This document shows, one piece after another, positions 10,065 to 18,646 of a DNA stretch of 64,000 nucleotides (the first letter of the stretch is position 1; each line of letters starts with the position of its first letter). The notes beneath the pieces were generated by a model. It was not told the DNA's origin. It did no database searches and worked only from the letters and a program-made list of their open reading frames with translations. This stretch comes from Bdellovibrionales bacterium (lineage in GTDB: Bacteria; Bdellovibrionota; Bdellovibrionia; Bdellovibrionales; UBA1609). The stretch covers positions 16,021-80,020 of the forward strand of contig JALZUS010000027.1 of NCBI GenBank assembly GCA_023299885.1. The letters are read 5' to 3'. The translations under genes and the position numbers were made by a program.

Positions 10065-10983
10065 TTTTCTTTAGGTCTTCCATGTTTTGACAGAGCTTAA
10101 CTTTATGGAAGAGTTCAGTATAATAAGGGTAGGTGCGGCCTAAAAGCTTGACCCATTGTTTTGTGCGCCGGACAGCATACTTGTTGTCTTTGAAGTTGGC
10201 GCTGCTGGTAATGAAGCTAGGAAGCAATTCCTTTTCGATAAAATCATGAGAGAACTGCTTAGCCTGACCTTTAATTTGTAAGGCCAGGTCAGGCATAGCC
10301 ATGGCAGGGCGGCCAAGTGCGATGTCTTTGCAGCCTGTAATTTTAAGGCAACGCTTATAATCTTCAACGGTCCAGATATCACCATTGGCAATAACAGGTA
10401 AATTAGGGCAGTCTTCTTTAATTTTGGCAATAAACTCCCAGTGGGCAGGTGGCTTATAGCCTTCTTTTTTTGTGCGTGCATGGACAATAAGCCTATGGGC
10501 TTGGCTTTCAGAAACAGCTTTAGCTATTTCATTTACTAAGGTTTTATCGTTATAGCCAAGACGTATTTTAGCACAAACAGGTATGTGCTCAGGCACTGCA
10601 TTTTTAACAGCTGTAATCATATCGTAAAGGCGGCGAGGTCTTTGTAATAAAGCGGCGCCTCCATCATGGCGATTAACTGTTTTAGCTGGGCAGCCAAAGT
10701 TAAGGTCTATGCCGAGGCTTCCGAGTTCGCAGGCTAATGCTGCGTTCTCGGCAACACAGATAGGGTCACCACCTAGTAGCTGTACATAAACAGGAGTGCC
10801 GGCTAAGGTTTTACCATCTGTTTTAAGCTCAGGGACATATCTGTGAAAAACTTTGGGAGGGTTAAGCTGGGTAGTGACTCTGACAAATTCAGAGACCATC
10901 TCGTCATAGCCACCTATACGAGAGTAAATGTCTCGTATAACCCAATCTACAACGCCTTCCATAGGCGCTAAATAAATTTTCAT
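10051..10983 (-). CDS. dusC: tRNA-dihydrouridine synthase (DusC-like)
   Basis: MKIYLAPMEGVVD N-terminus, DLNFGCPAKTV, VHARTK and PVIANGDI. Colinear with E. coli DusC as I recall it. Confidence 0.85.
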   Translation of the reverse strand: MKIYLAPMEGVVDWVIRDIYSRIGGYDEMVSEFVRVTTQLNPPKVFHRYVPELKTDGKTLAGTPVYVQLLGGDPICVAENAALACELGSLGIDLNFGCPAKTVNRHDGGAALLQRPRRLYDMITAVKNAVPEHIPVCAKIRLGYNDKTLVNEIAKAVSESQAHRLIVHARTKKEGYKPPAHWEFIAKIKEDCPNLPVIANGDIWTVEDYKRCLKITGCKDIALGRPAMAMPDLALQIKGQAKQFSHDFIEKELLPSFITSSANFKDNKYAVRRTKQWVKLLGRTYPYYTELFHKVKLCQNMEDLKKIISF

Positions 10984-10986
10984 TTT

Positions 10987-11448
10987 TTATTGGCTACCTT
11001 TTTTTACAATATATTCAAATTCTTTTTTTGTAACAGGCTGTATAGATAGTCTTGATCCTTTTTTAATAACCATCATGTCTTTTAAAGGCTTTAAAGTTCT
11101 AAGCTCTTCAAGAGATATTAGTTCCTTAAAAGTTTTAACGTATTTGCACTCTACGCAATGCCATCTCGGGCTTTCCTTTGTTGATTTTGGGTCAAAATAT
11201 TTAGATTTTTTGTCAAACTGAGTGGGGTCTGGGCTGGCGGATTTGCTGATTTTACCGAGGCCAATAATACCTGGCGGTTTGGCATTTGAGTGATAGAACA
11301 AAAACTCATCGCCAACAGACATCTCTTTCATCATAAAATTACGGGCCTGATAATTACGAATGCCATCCCATAAGGTCTTTTTTTCTTTTTTAAAGCGGTC
11401 TATAGAATAAGCATCTGGTTCTGATTTCATAAGCCAATATTTCTTCAT
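10987..11448 (-). CDS. EVE (PUA-like) domain protein
   Basis: YWLMKSEPDAYSI..WDGIRNYQARNFM..GDEFLFYHSN..PRW matches the EVE domain pattern. Confidence 0.85.
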   Translation of the reverse strand: MKKYWLMKSEPDAYSIDRFKKEKKTLWDGIRNYQARNFMMKEMSVGDEFLFYHSNAKPPGIIGLGKISKSASPDPTQFDKKSKYFDPKSTKESPRWHCVECKYVKTFKELISLEELRTLKPLKDMMVIKKGSRLSIQPVTKKEFEYIVKKGSQ

Positions 11449-11587
11449 AATTCCTCACAGTCTGGTCTATCTATATAGCCTGACTTTTTTGTAGAATAAA
11501 GCTGCAAAAGTAAAAAAATAAGAGGGTGGGCCCCATGACAACCTTCGCTACATAGGATTAAATATATTTTTTATTAGGAGTAGATAT

Positions 11588-12979
11588 ATGGAATACCGCA
11601 TAGAAACAGATAGTATTGGCGAAGTAAAAGTACCAGCAGATAAGTACTGGGGCGCTCAAACCCAAAGATCTATAGAGAATTTTAAAATTGGTAGCGACAG
11701 ATTTCCACGTGAATTTATACGTGCTTTAGGTGTTTTAAAGAAATCAACAGCTCAGTCTAATGCAGAGCTTGGGCTTTTAGAGTCCAGCAAGTTAGGCTCA
11801 ATAGTTAAAGCAGCAGATGAAGTTATTAAGGGTGATTTAGATGCTCATTTTCCATTAGTAGTATGGCAAACGGGTAGTGGGACTCAAACTAATATGAACT
11901 CTAATGAGGTAATTGCAAATAGAGCCATCACTATTAATGGTGGGACTAAAGGTGACAAGAGCATTCACCCTAATGATGACGTGAATAAGTCACAGTCTTC
12001 TAATGATACTTTTCCAACAGCTATGCATATTTCTGTGGCGGAGCAGTTAAATAACAAGCTCATCCCATCTCTTAAGAAAATTGCCGGTGAAATATCAAAA
12101 AAAGGTAAAGAGTTTTCTGGCATTACAAAAATTGGACGCACTCATTTAATGGATGCTACTCCTTTGACATTAGGCCAAGAGTTTTCAGCTTGGGAGCAAC
12201 AGCTTATTAATGGCATAGCTAGGATAGAAGGCTGTTTACCAAGAGTTTACGAGATTGCTATTGGTGGCACAGCTGTAGGTACTGGCCTTAATACACATAA
12301 AGATTTTTCAGTGACGGTAGCTAAACATATTTCATCAGAAACAGGATTACCATTTGTAAGTGCACCTAATAAATTTGAAGCTTTGTCAGCTCATGATGCT
12401 ATGGTGGAAGTGAGTGCAAACCTTAAAGTAATAGCTTGTAGTCTTATGAAAATAGCTAACGATATTAGGTTGTTAGGTAGTGGCCCAAGATGTGGTATTG
12501 GCGAACTACTATTGCCAGCAAATGAGCCAGGAAGCTCTATTATGCCAGGCAAGGTAAACCCTACTCAATGTGAAGCTGTTACTATGCTTTGTGCTCAGGT
12601 GATGGGTAATGACATGGCAGTAAGTGTTGGCGGAAGTAACGGGCAATTTCAGCTTAATGTGTTTAAGCCTATGATTGTTTTTAATGTACTTAACTCTATT
12701 AGGTTGCTAGCTGATGGCTGTGACTCACTAACAGACAACTGTATTGTTGGGATTAAAGCCAATACTGATAAAATTAAAGAGCATTTACAAAATTCATTAA
12801 TGCTTGTTACAGCTTTAAATCCAAAAGTGGGCTACGATAATGCAGCTAAAATTGCAAAAGCAGCTTATAAAAATAATACGACATTAAAGCAAGAGGCTGT
12901 GAACTTAGGTTTACTGACAGCTGCAGAGTTTGATGAATGGGTAAAGCCAGAGACTATGACCTCACCTAATATTGGGTAA
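11588..12979 (+). CDS. fumC: class II fumarate hydratase
   Basis: 463 aa. Fumarate-lyase signature [17 protein letters not shown]-terminal [28 protein letters not shown]. Confidence 0.96.
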   Translation: MEYRIETDSIGEVKVPADKYWGAQTQRSIENFKIGSDRFPREFIRALGVLKKSTAQSNAELGLLESSKLGSIVKAADEVIKGDLDAHFPLVVWQTGSGTQTNMNSNEVIANRAITINGGTKGDKSIHPNDDVNKSQSSNDTFPTAMHISVAEQLNNKLIPSLKKIAGEISKKGKEFSGITKIGRTHLMDATPLTLGQEFSAWEQQLINGIARIEGCLPRVYEIAIGGTAVGTGLNTHKDFSVTVAKHISSETGLPFVSAPNKFEALSAHDAMVEVSANLKVIACSLMKIANDIRLLGSGPRCGIGELLLPANEPGSSIMPGKVNPTQCEAVTMLCAQVMGNDMAVSVGGSNGQFQLNVFKPMIVFNVLNSIRLLADGCDSLTDNCIVGIKANTDKIKEHLQNSLMLVTALNPKVGYDNAAKIAKAAYKNNTTLKQEAVNLGLLTAAEFDEWVKPETMTSPNIG

Positions 12980-13033
12980 GGTTGTGTACAGAAGTTTAGC
13001 TACAGATTAATGAAAGCAGTGTAAGATAAAATT

Positions 13034-13921
13034 ATGAACAAACTATCATCTCATCCTCGTTTAGACTGGCTGGATTACAGCCAAGTGCGCCCCTATGTTT
13101 TTGTTAGAGAAGACCTGCGTGTGCAAAACCCAGGCTCACTCTTTAAGGATAATATAAACTGGTTTGATGATGTCGAGCCTTTATGGTTTAACCCACTTCA
13201 TCAAAAACAAGTGGAGTACTCTAATCTTATTTTAAATTTAGAAGCTAAAGCTTTTGCTGCTTCAGGTTTAGGTATGGATCGTTGGGTGTTTTATGACTGT
13301 GCTGTAATGCCAGGCTTTGTTGCTGGTTTTGCCCATAAAACAGAAACACTCCCACAATTTATGAAAGATGCGCTAGGTGTGGACGAAATTAAAAGAGAGT
13401 GGACTCCCATCTCACTTTTTATTGTAATTCCAACAATGAAACCAGGTGAGTGGTTTGCTCATAATTTGTGTTCTGTAAATTCATTATTAGACCGTAAAGA
13501 TAAATTTTATGGCTTAGGCTTTTTAACAAAGGCTTTTGGCCTTTGGTATGCCAATATAGCTAACTGTTGCGGAGCTACTCAGTGGAAAAGTCCAGCAGTT
13601 AGGCTGCATGCCTTATATGGAGACTTTGAGCTATTAACAACTTATACGCCCACACATAGTTACTCAAAGACAATCACTTATAGGTTAGACGTAAAGCCTC
13701 AGCGTTGGGAAAAGTTTTTTTGGCCAGAGCCTAGCGATACATTTGAAGAAAAGTTTATTAAGACAGGGCTGCAAATTAATCCAGAAGATGAATCTAATTT
13801 AATTCATTGGCAAAACGAGCTTGAAGAAAAAAAAGGTCCCTTTTATTTAAGGTCACATGAGATTTTATCAGCACCATTATCTGGGCCATACAATATCTAT
13901 AGCCCAAAGGCAGGGTCTTAA
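13034..13921 (+). CDS. hypothetical protein, possible GNAT-fold acyltransferase
   Basis: 295-aa ORF. KFYGLGFLTKAF fits the GNAT motif A pattern (R/Q-x-x-G-x-G/A), followed by SPAVRLHALYGDFELL, which is motif-B-like. TAATG overlap with the downstream gene. Confidence 0.35.
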   Translation: MNKLSSHPRLDWLDYSQVRPYVFVREDLRVQNPGSLFKDNINWFDDVEPLWFNPLHQKQVEYSNLILNLEAKAFAASGLGMDRWVFYDCAVMPGFVAGFAHKTETLPQFMKDALGVDEIKREWTPISLFIVIPTMKPGEWFAHNLCSVNSLLDRKDKFYGLGFLTKAFGLWYANIANCCGATQWKSPAVRLHALYGDFELLTTYTPTHSYSKTITYRLDVKPQRWEKFFWPEPSDTFEEKFIKTGLQINPEDESNLIHWQNELEEKKGPFYLRSHEILSAPLSGPYNIYSPKAGS

Positions 13922-14676
13922 TGATTGTTTGGCCAGCTTTATTTTTGGGTGTTGGAGTCGGATTAGTGTCTTCATTTTTAGGTTTAGGTGGGGGAGTGCT
14001 AATGGTTCCTCTTTTGCCAGAGTTTTTTGAGTTAAATCAAAAGCAGGTTATTGCCACATCTTTAATGACAATTTTTTTAGTAGTGCTTATTAATACTTTG
14101 GGCTTTTCATTTAAAAAAACAGTTAACTGGAAAGTTACTTTATTGGTGGGCCCACTGGCTGCTGTAGCTGCTTTTGTGGCAGGCATGAAGGCTCAGGCTA
14201 TTAATGAACGTACTTTACAGATTTTTTTAATATTAATAATTTCGTACTTACTTTTTAAACTGCTGGCTCAGATAGTTTTAAAATTACAGCCCAAGCAAAG
14301 TTCTAAAGTAAAGGTTGCAGGCCTTGGGGCTTTAGCTGGCGCGGTTAGTGGGTTTACAGGGTTGGGTGCAGGAGCCATTGTTGCCCCGTCATTGTTGGGT
14401 TTTAAAGAGGTTAAAAACATACAAGCGTCTCCAACAACAAACGCTATTATGGTATTTACGACATTGTTTGCTGCTTTAAGTTTTGTTTACTCTGATTATG
14501 CTAAGCAAACAGACTATATCCAATGGAACATAGTCATTGTTTTATTTGTGGGTGCTTTTGTGAGTTCTTATTTTGGACGAAAATTTCAGTCGTTATTACC
14601 AGCGACATCAAGAAAGGTAATATTTTTAGTCATACTTAGTCTTTTATTAATAAAACAGGTGTACAGAATCTTATGA
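13921..14676 (+). CDS. TauE/SafE-family anion (sulfite-type) exporter
   Basis: 251 aa and highly hydrophobic with about 7-8 TM segments. Two Gly-rich repeats (LGLGGGVLMVP and FTGLGAGAIVAPS) are typical of the TauE/SafE family. Confidence 0.75.
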   Translation: MIVWPALFLGVGVGLVSSFLGLGGGVLMVPLLPEFFELNQKQVIATSLMTIFLVVLINTLGFSFKKTVNWKVTLLVGPLAAVAAFVAGMKAQAINERTLQIFLILIISYLLFKLLAQIVLKLQPKQSSKVKVAGLGALAGAVSGFTGLGAGAIVAPSLLGFKEVKNIQASPTTNAIMVFTTLFAALSFVYSDYAKQTDYIQWNIVIVLFVGAFVSSYFGRKFQSLLPATSRKVIFLVILSLLLIKQVYRIL

Positions 14677-14975
14677 TTATTCAAAGTCAGTTAGAAGCAA
14701 AAATTAAAGAGTCATTTTCTCCAAGCTATTTGAAGCTTGAAAATGAAAGCTATAAACATAGTGTTCCTAAAAACTCAGAAACTCATTTTTTAGCTGTTAT
14801 TGTTTCTGTTAAGTTTGTTGGGCTGTCGCGTATAAAAAGACATCAACTCGTTTACTCTGAGCTTGGTGAGCTTATACAAAAAATTCATGCTTTTTCTATG
14901 AAAACTTTAACTCCTGAAGAGACCGAAAAAAAGGGTGTTGGCCATAGTACACCAAATTGCAGCAGTAAATCTTGA
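14673..14975 (+). CDS. BolA-family protein
   Basis: 100 aa. LENESYKHSVPKNSETHF..VS.KF.G.SRIKRHQLVY..L..IHAFS matches the BolA pattern. ATGA overlap with the tauE-like stop. Confidence 0.8.
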   Translation: MIIQSQLEAKIKESFSPSYLKLENESYKHSVPKNSETHFLAVIVSVKFVGLSRIKRHQLVYSELGELIQKIHAFSMKTLTPEETEKKGVGHSTPNCSSKS

Positions 14976-14979
14976 TTAT

Positions 14980-15141
14980 CTAGAAGTCTTCAAGTTTTTT
15001 CTCTATAGATTTTAAAAGTTTTTTTCTTTTTTGGTCTCGATTATCTTTTGGCGGAGGAGTTGTCTCAAACTTTTCAATAGCATCACAAACCTTTATAAGG
15101 CTTGTTTTAAGCTGATTTCCAAGTCTGTTGTTTTTTGCCAT
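14980..15141 (-). CDS. possible small protein (53 aa), not in the supplied ORF track
   Basis: My own translation of the minus strand: ATG at 15141, MAKNNRLGNQLKTSLIKVCDAIEKFETTPPPKDNRDQKRKKLLKSIEKKLEDF, stop at 14980-14982. It fills an otherwise empty 300-nt gap between bolA and ettA. No SD or homology evidence. Confidence 0.3.
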   Translation of the reverse strand: MAKNNRLGNQLKTSLIKVCDAIEKFETTPPPKDNRDQKRKKLLKSIEKKLEDF

Positions 15142-15284
15142 GTTTAATAGTTATGTGTGACTGCCATTTTGTCAAAGGAGAGGGGCGGCTTGATATGCTT
15201 TTTATTTTGACATTTTTTTTAAAGACTGATTAATGTAGTACTCCAAGAAAAGACCGCTCACTCATCATTAACAAAAGGAAAATT

Positions 15285-16961
15285 ATGTCTGAAGAAATCA
15301 TATATACTATGAAAGGCGTAAGCAAAGTTTACCCACCTAACAAATATGTTCTTAAGGACATATATCTTTCTTATTTTTACGGAGCAAAGATTGGTGTTTT
15401 AGGTTTAAACGGATCAGGCAAATCAACACTGTTAAAAATTATTGCTGGCGAAGATGATGATTTTCTAGGCGAATCTTTTCCTGCAAAAGATTATAAAGTA
15501 GGCTACTTAAAGCAAGAGCCCGATCTTGATGAAACAAAAACAGTAAAAGAAGTTGTTTTAGAAGGTTTAGGCGACTTATCAATTTGGCTTGAGCAATTTA
15601 ATAAAATTAGTATGGATTTATGTGATGAAAATATCACGCCAGAAAAAATGGAAGAGCTCATTAACAAGCAGGGTGAGTATCAAGAAAAAATTGAATCTGT
15701 AGATGGCTGGGAGGCTGATCAAAAAGTAAATAGAGCTATGGATGCTCTTAGGTGTCCTCCAGATGACGAGCCAATAAAAACCCTGTCGGGTGGAGAAAGA
15801 CGTCGTGTAGCCCTATGTAGGCTTTTATTAAGTGAACCTGATATCTTGTTGTTAGATGAGCCAACAAACCATTTGGATGCAGAGTCTGTATCTTGGTTAG
15901 AGCACTATCTTGCAAACTTTCCAGGCACAGTAATAGCTATTACTCATGATAGGTACTTTTTAGATAATGTAGCTGGCTGGATATTAGAGCTTGATCGTGG
16001 TGAAGGGATTCCTTTTAAAGGAAACTATTCTTCTTGGTTGAATCAAAAAACAACTCGTTTAAAACAGCAAGAAAAGTCAGATAGTAAAAGAGCTAAAACA
16101 TTAGAAAGAGAGCTTGATTGGATCAACATGAATCCTAAGGCTAGGCAAACAAAGTCTAAATCTAGGGTTTCTTCTTATGAAAAGCTTTTACAAGAGGCTT
16201 CTGCTGAAAAAATAAAAGATATGCAAATCTATATCCCCCCAGGAGAGCGTTTGGGTAATGTTGTTTTAGAAATGAAAAATGTTTCTAAATCTTATGAGGG
16301 CCGTATGCTTATTGATGATTTAAGTTTTTCTATGCCTAAGGGCGCTATTGTTGGTATTGTTGGTCCTAACGGTGCTGGTAAAACAACACTATTTAGAATG
16401 ATTTCGGGTCAAGAAAAACCAGATAGTGGAGAAATTAAGCTAGGAGATACAGTTAAGCTTTCTTATGTGGATCAAGCAAGAGACACTTTAGATCCTGAGC
16501 ATTCTGTGTGGGAAGCTATTTCAGATAAACATGATGTTGTGATGCTTGGCCAAAGAGAAGTAGCGTCTCGTGCTTATTGTTCTTGGTATAATTTTATGGG
16601 TTCATCACAACAAAAGAAAGTGGGAGTGCTGTCTGGTGGTGAGCGTAACCGTCTGTATTTAGCAAAAATGTTAAAAGAAGGTGGCAACTTACTGCTACTA
16701 GATGAGCCAACAAATGACTTAGATGTAAACACAATTCGCGCTTTAGAGGATGCTTTAGCTAACTTTGGTGGCAATGCAGTAGTTATTAGTCATGATAGAT
16801 GGTTTTTAGATAGAGTTTGCACTCATATTTTAGCTTACGAAGGAGAGAGTAAGGTAAACTGGTTTATTGGAAACTACTCTGAATATGAAGCTGACTTAAA
16901 GAAAAGATTGGGTACAGATCAGTTAGTTCCATCGAGAATTAAGTATAGAACTATCAATTAG
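15285..16961 (+). CDS. ettA: energy-dependent translational throttle protein EttA (ABC-F ATPase)
   Basis: 558 aa with two ABC cassettes (GLNGSGKST and GPNGAGKTT; LSGGERRR and LSGGERNR). The N-terminus IIYTMKGVSKVYPPNKYVLKDIYLSYFYGAKIGVLGLNG is colinear with E. coli EttA. Confidence 0.93.
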   Translation: MSEEIIYTMKGVSKVYPPNKYVLKDIYLSYFYGAKIGVLGLNGSGKSTLLKIIAGEDDDFLGESFPAKDYKVGYLKQEPDLDETKTVKEVVLEGLGDLSIWLEQFNKISMDLCDENITPEKMEELINKQGEYQEKIESVDGWEADQKVNRAMDALRCPPDDEPIKTLSGGERRRVALCRLLLSEPDILLLDEPTNHLDAESVSWLEHYLANFPGTVIAITHDRYFLDNVAGWILELDRGEGIPFKGNYSSWLNQKTTRLKQQEKSDSKRAKTLERELDWINMNPKARQTKSKSRVSSYEKLLQEASAEKIKDMQIYIPPGERLGNVVLEMKNVSKSYEGRMLIDDLSFSMPKGAIVGIVGPNGAGKTTLFRMISGQEKPDSGEIKLGDTVKLSYVDQARDTLDPEHSVWEAISDKHDVVMLGQREVASRAYCSWYNFMGSSQQKKVGVLSGGERNRLYLAKMLKEGGNLLLLDEPTNDLDVNTIRALEDALANFGGNAVVISHDRWFLDRVCTHILAYEGESKVNWFIGNYSEYEADLKKRLGTDQLVPSRIKYRTIN

Positions 16962-17076
16962 TAATGATGCAGATGATAAGGTATTTACAGTTTGCCCTTG
17001 CAAAAATGTAAAAATTACCTAATCATCTTAAATGAATTACAAGTTCAATAAGCTATTTATATGGAGGGATCACACA

Positions 17077-17676
17077 ATGGCTGCTAAGAAAAAAGCAAAG
17101 AAAAAGTCGACTAAGAAAAAAGCGACTAAGAAAAAGAAAACAACAAAGAAAAAAGTAGTAAAAAAGGCGACTAAGAGAAAAGCCGCTAAGAAGAAAACTA
17201 CAAAGAAAAAAGCTACTAAAAAGAAGTCTACTAAGAAAAAGGCGACTAAGAAAAAAGCCGCTAAGAAAAAGAAGACTACTAAGAAAAAAGCTACTAAAAA
17301 GAAGGCTACTAAAAAGAAAGCCACTAAGAAAAAAGCTACTAAAAAGAAAGCCACTAAGAAAAAAGTAGCTAAAAAGAAGCCAGCTAAAAAAGTTGCTAAG
17401 AAAAAAGCTAAAAAGAAAAAGACTAAGCGTAAACCTAACGCTGCTTTTCTTAAAGAGCTTACTCCTAGTGATAAGCTAGCTGCAGTAGTTGGAGCAAAGC
17501 CGCTTCCAAGAACTCAGGTTGTTAAAAAGCTTTGGGCTTATATCAAGAAGCACGACTTACAAAACCCAAAAAACAGAAGAAACATTTTAGCTGACGACAA
17601 GCTAAAGCCAATCTTCGGTAAAGCGGAAGTAAGCATGTTTGAAATGACTAAAATTGTAAGCAAGCACTTAAAATAA
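17077..17676 (+). CDS. lysine-rich (histone H1-like) tail fused to a SWIB/MDM2 domain
   Basis: GGAGGG lies 8 nt upstream of the ATG at 17077. The first 120 or so residues are almost only K/A/T/S/V (roughly 60 percent Lys by my count). The C-terminal LTPSDKLAAVVG..PRTQVVKKLWAYIKKHDLQNPKNRRNI..DDKLKPIFG fits the SWIB domain pattern. Confidence 0.85.
   Translation: MAAKKKAKKKSTKKKATKKKKTTKKKVVKKATKRKAAKKKTTKKKATKKKSTKKKATKKKAAKKKKTTKKKATKKKATKKKATKKKATKKKATKKKVAKKKPAKKVAKKKAKKKKTKRKPNAAFLKELTPSDKLAAVVGAKPLPRTQVVKKLWAYIKKHDLQNPKNRRNILADDKLKPIFGKAEVSMFEMTKIVSKHLK
17083..17440 (+). repeat. coding low-complexity tandem repeat (KKK-A/S/T-T units, 15-nt core period)
   Basis: Five consecutive ATKKK units (about 17290-17365), flanked by degenerate STKKK/TTKKK/AAKKK units. 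The copies differ at synonymous sites (aaa/aag, gct/gcc). Confidence 0.9.
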
Positions 17677-17697
17677 GACTTTAAGATGTTTTAAATT

Positions 17698-17734
17698 AAA
17701 AAGCCTGGGGTTTCCTGGGCTTTTTTTGTTTTAC
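17698..17734 (+). terminator. rho-independent terminator after the SWIB gene
   Basis: GCCTGGG (17703-17709) pairs with CCTGGGC (17714-17720): 5 Watson-Crick plus 2 G-U pairs, loop GTTT. It is followed by T7 and preceded by A5. Confidence 0.75.
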
Positions 17735-17762
17735 ATAATGCTCCTATTTGGTAGAAGTAATT

Positions 17763-18521
17763 ATGACACCACAATTAGCAAGCGATATAAAAAAAATGGA
17801 AGCCGCTGGACGTTTAGCAGCCAGGACACTTAACCACATAGAGCAATTTGTAAAACCAGGTATTTCTACAAATGAAATCAACCAAATAGTGCATGATTAT
17901 ACTCTTTCTAATGATGCCAAGCCGGCTCCGTTAGGTTACAAAGGTTTCCCAAAATCTGTTTGTACATCACTTAATGACTGCATCTGCCATGGTGTACCTG
18001 ATGACACTATCTTAAAAGAAGGTGATATCATAAATATTGATGTGACTTGTATAAAGGATGAGTTTCATGGGGATACATCAAGAACCTTTTTTGTAGGTGA
18101 AGTTTCAGAAACAGCTAAAGATATTACAAGGGTAGCCTTTGAGGCTATGCACAAAGGCATAGAGGCTATTTCACCACATGGCAAGACAGGTGATATTGGG
18201 TTCGCTATTAATAAATTCGTAACTCGTCAGGGGTACCATATAGTTAGGGAAATTGGCGGCCATGGTATTGGCAGAGTTTTCCATACAGACCCTTTTGTGC
18301 CTTCTTATGGTAAGAAAGGTAAAGGGCAGATATTAAGGCCATGGCACTGTATTACAGTAGAGCCAATGATTAATGAGACCTCTGGAAAGCTAAAAGAGTT
18401 CTCTATACCAAATTCTGATATTGCTTATTATCACACTGTAGATGGCTCACTATCGGCTCAGTTTGAGCATACAATACTTATAACTGATACTGGCTACCAA
18501 ATATTAACTTTAGATTCTTAG
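17763..18521 (+). CDS. map: type I methionine aminopeptidase
   Basis: CHGVPD, DIINIDVT, HGDTS, GGHGIG and TVEPM metal-ligand blocks. ATG at 17763 is preferred over the TTG at 17748. Confidence 0.93.
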   Translation: MTPQLASDIKKMEAAGRLAARTLNHIEQFVKPGISTNEINQIVHDYTLSNDAKPAPLGYKGFPKSVCTSLNDCICHGVPDDTILKEGDIINIDVTCIKDEFHGDTSRTFFVGEVSETAKDITRVAFEAMHKGIEAISPHGKTGDIGFAINKFVTRQGYHIVREIGGHGIGRVFHTDPFVPSYGKKGKGQILRPWHCITVEPMINETSGKLKEFSIPNSDIAYYHTVDGSLSAQFEHTILITDTGYQILTLDS

Positions 18522-18646
18522 CGAGGGGCTTTTAGGCCCTAGTTTACAAAGAATTAATCTTGCCAAGGCTAAATGAATCAGAGACTATTGCATTGATTAC
18601 AACCTTAAGACTTTGGAGGTCTATTATGCCATCTACGGAGGAAACT

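Noticed and set aside
10140-10487. 115-aa minus-strand ORF in an alternative frame of dusC
   Set aside because: It is on the same strand as dusC but out of frame with a gene that aligns end to end with DusC. Its composition is typical of an off-frame translation.
17032-17076. Upstream ATG (17032) extending the SWIB protein by MNYKFNKLFIWRDHT
   Set aside because: The GGAGGG SD sits inside this extension, 8 nt before the ATG at 17077, so the shorter form is much better supported.
17070-17354. 94-aa minus-strand ORF made of FFLVAFFLVA repeats
   Set aside because: It is the antisense mirror of the AAG/AAA-rich lysine repeat: TTT/CTT codons arise automatically. It has no independent start context. 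The sense gene has an SD, a recognisable SWIB domain and a terminator.
17083-17440. Regular 15-nt periodic repeat considered as a CRISPR-like or minisatellite array
   Set aside because: There are no unique spacers. The repeat is in frame inside a CDS and varies only at synonymous sites. It is a coding low-complexity region.
18522-18646. Possible SAH riboswitch in the leader upstream of ahcY
   Set aside because: I could not find the conserved SAH-element pseudoknot strings. Only a weak 4-5 bp hairpin (GGGC..GCCC) follows the map stop. A covariance-model scan (Rfam SAH_riboswitch) would be decisive.
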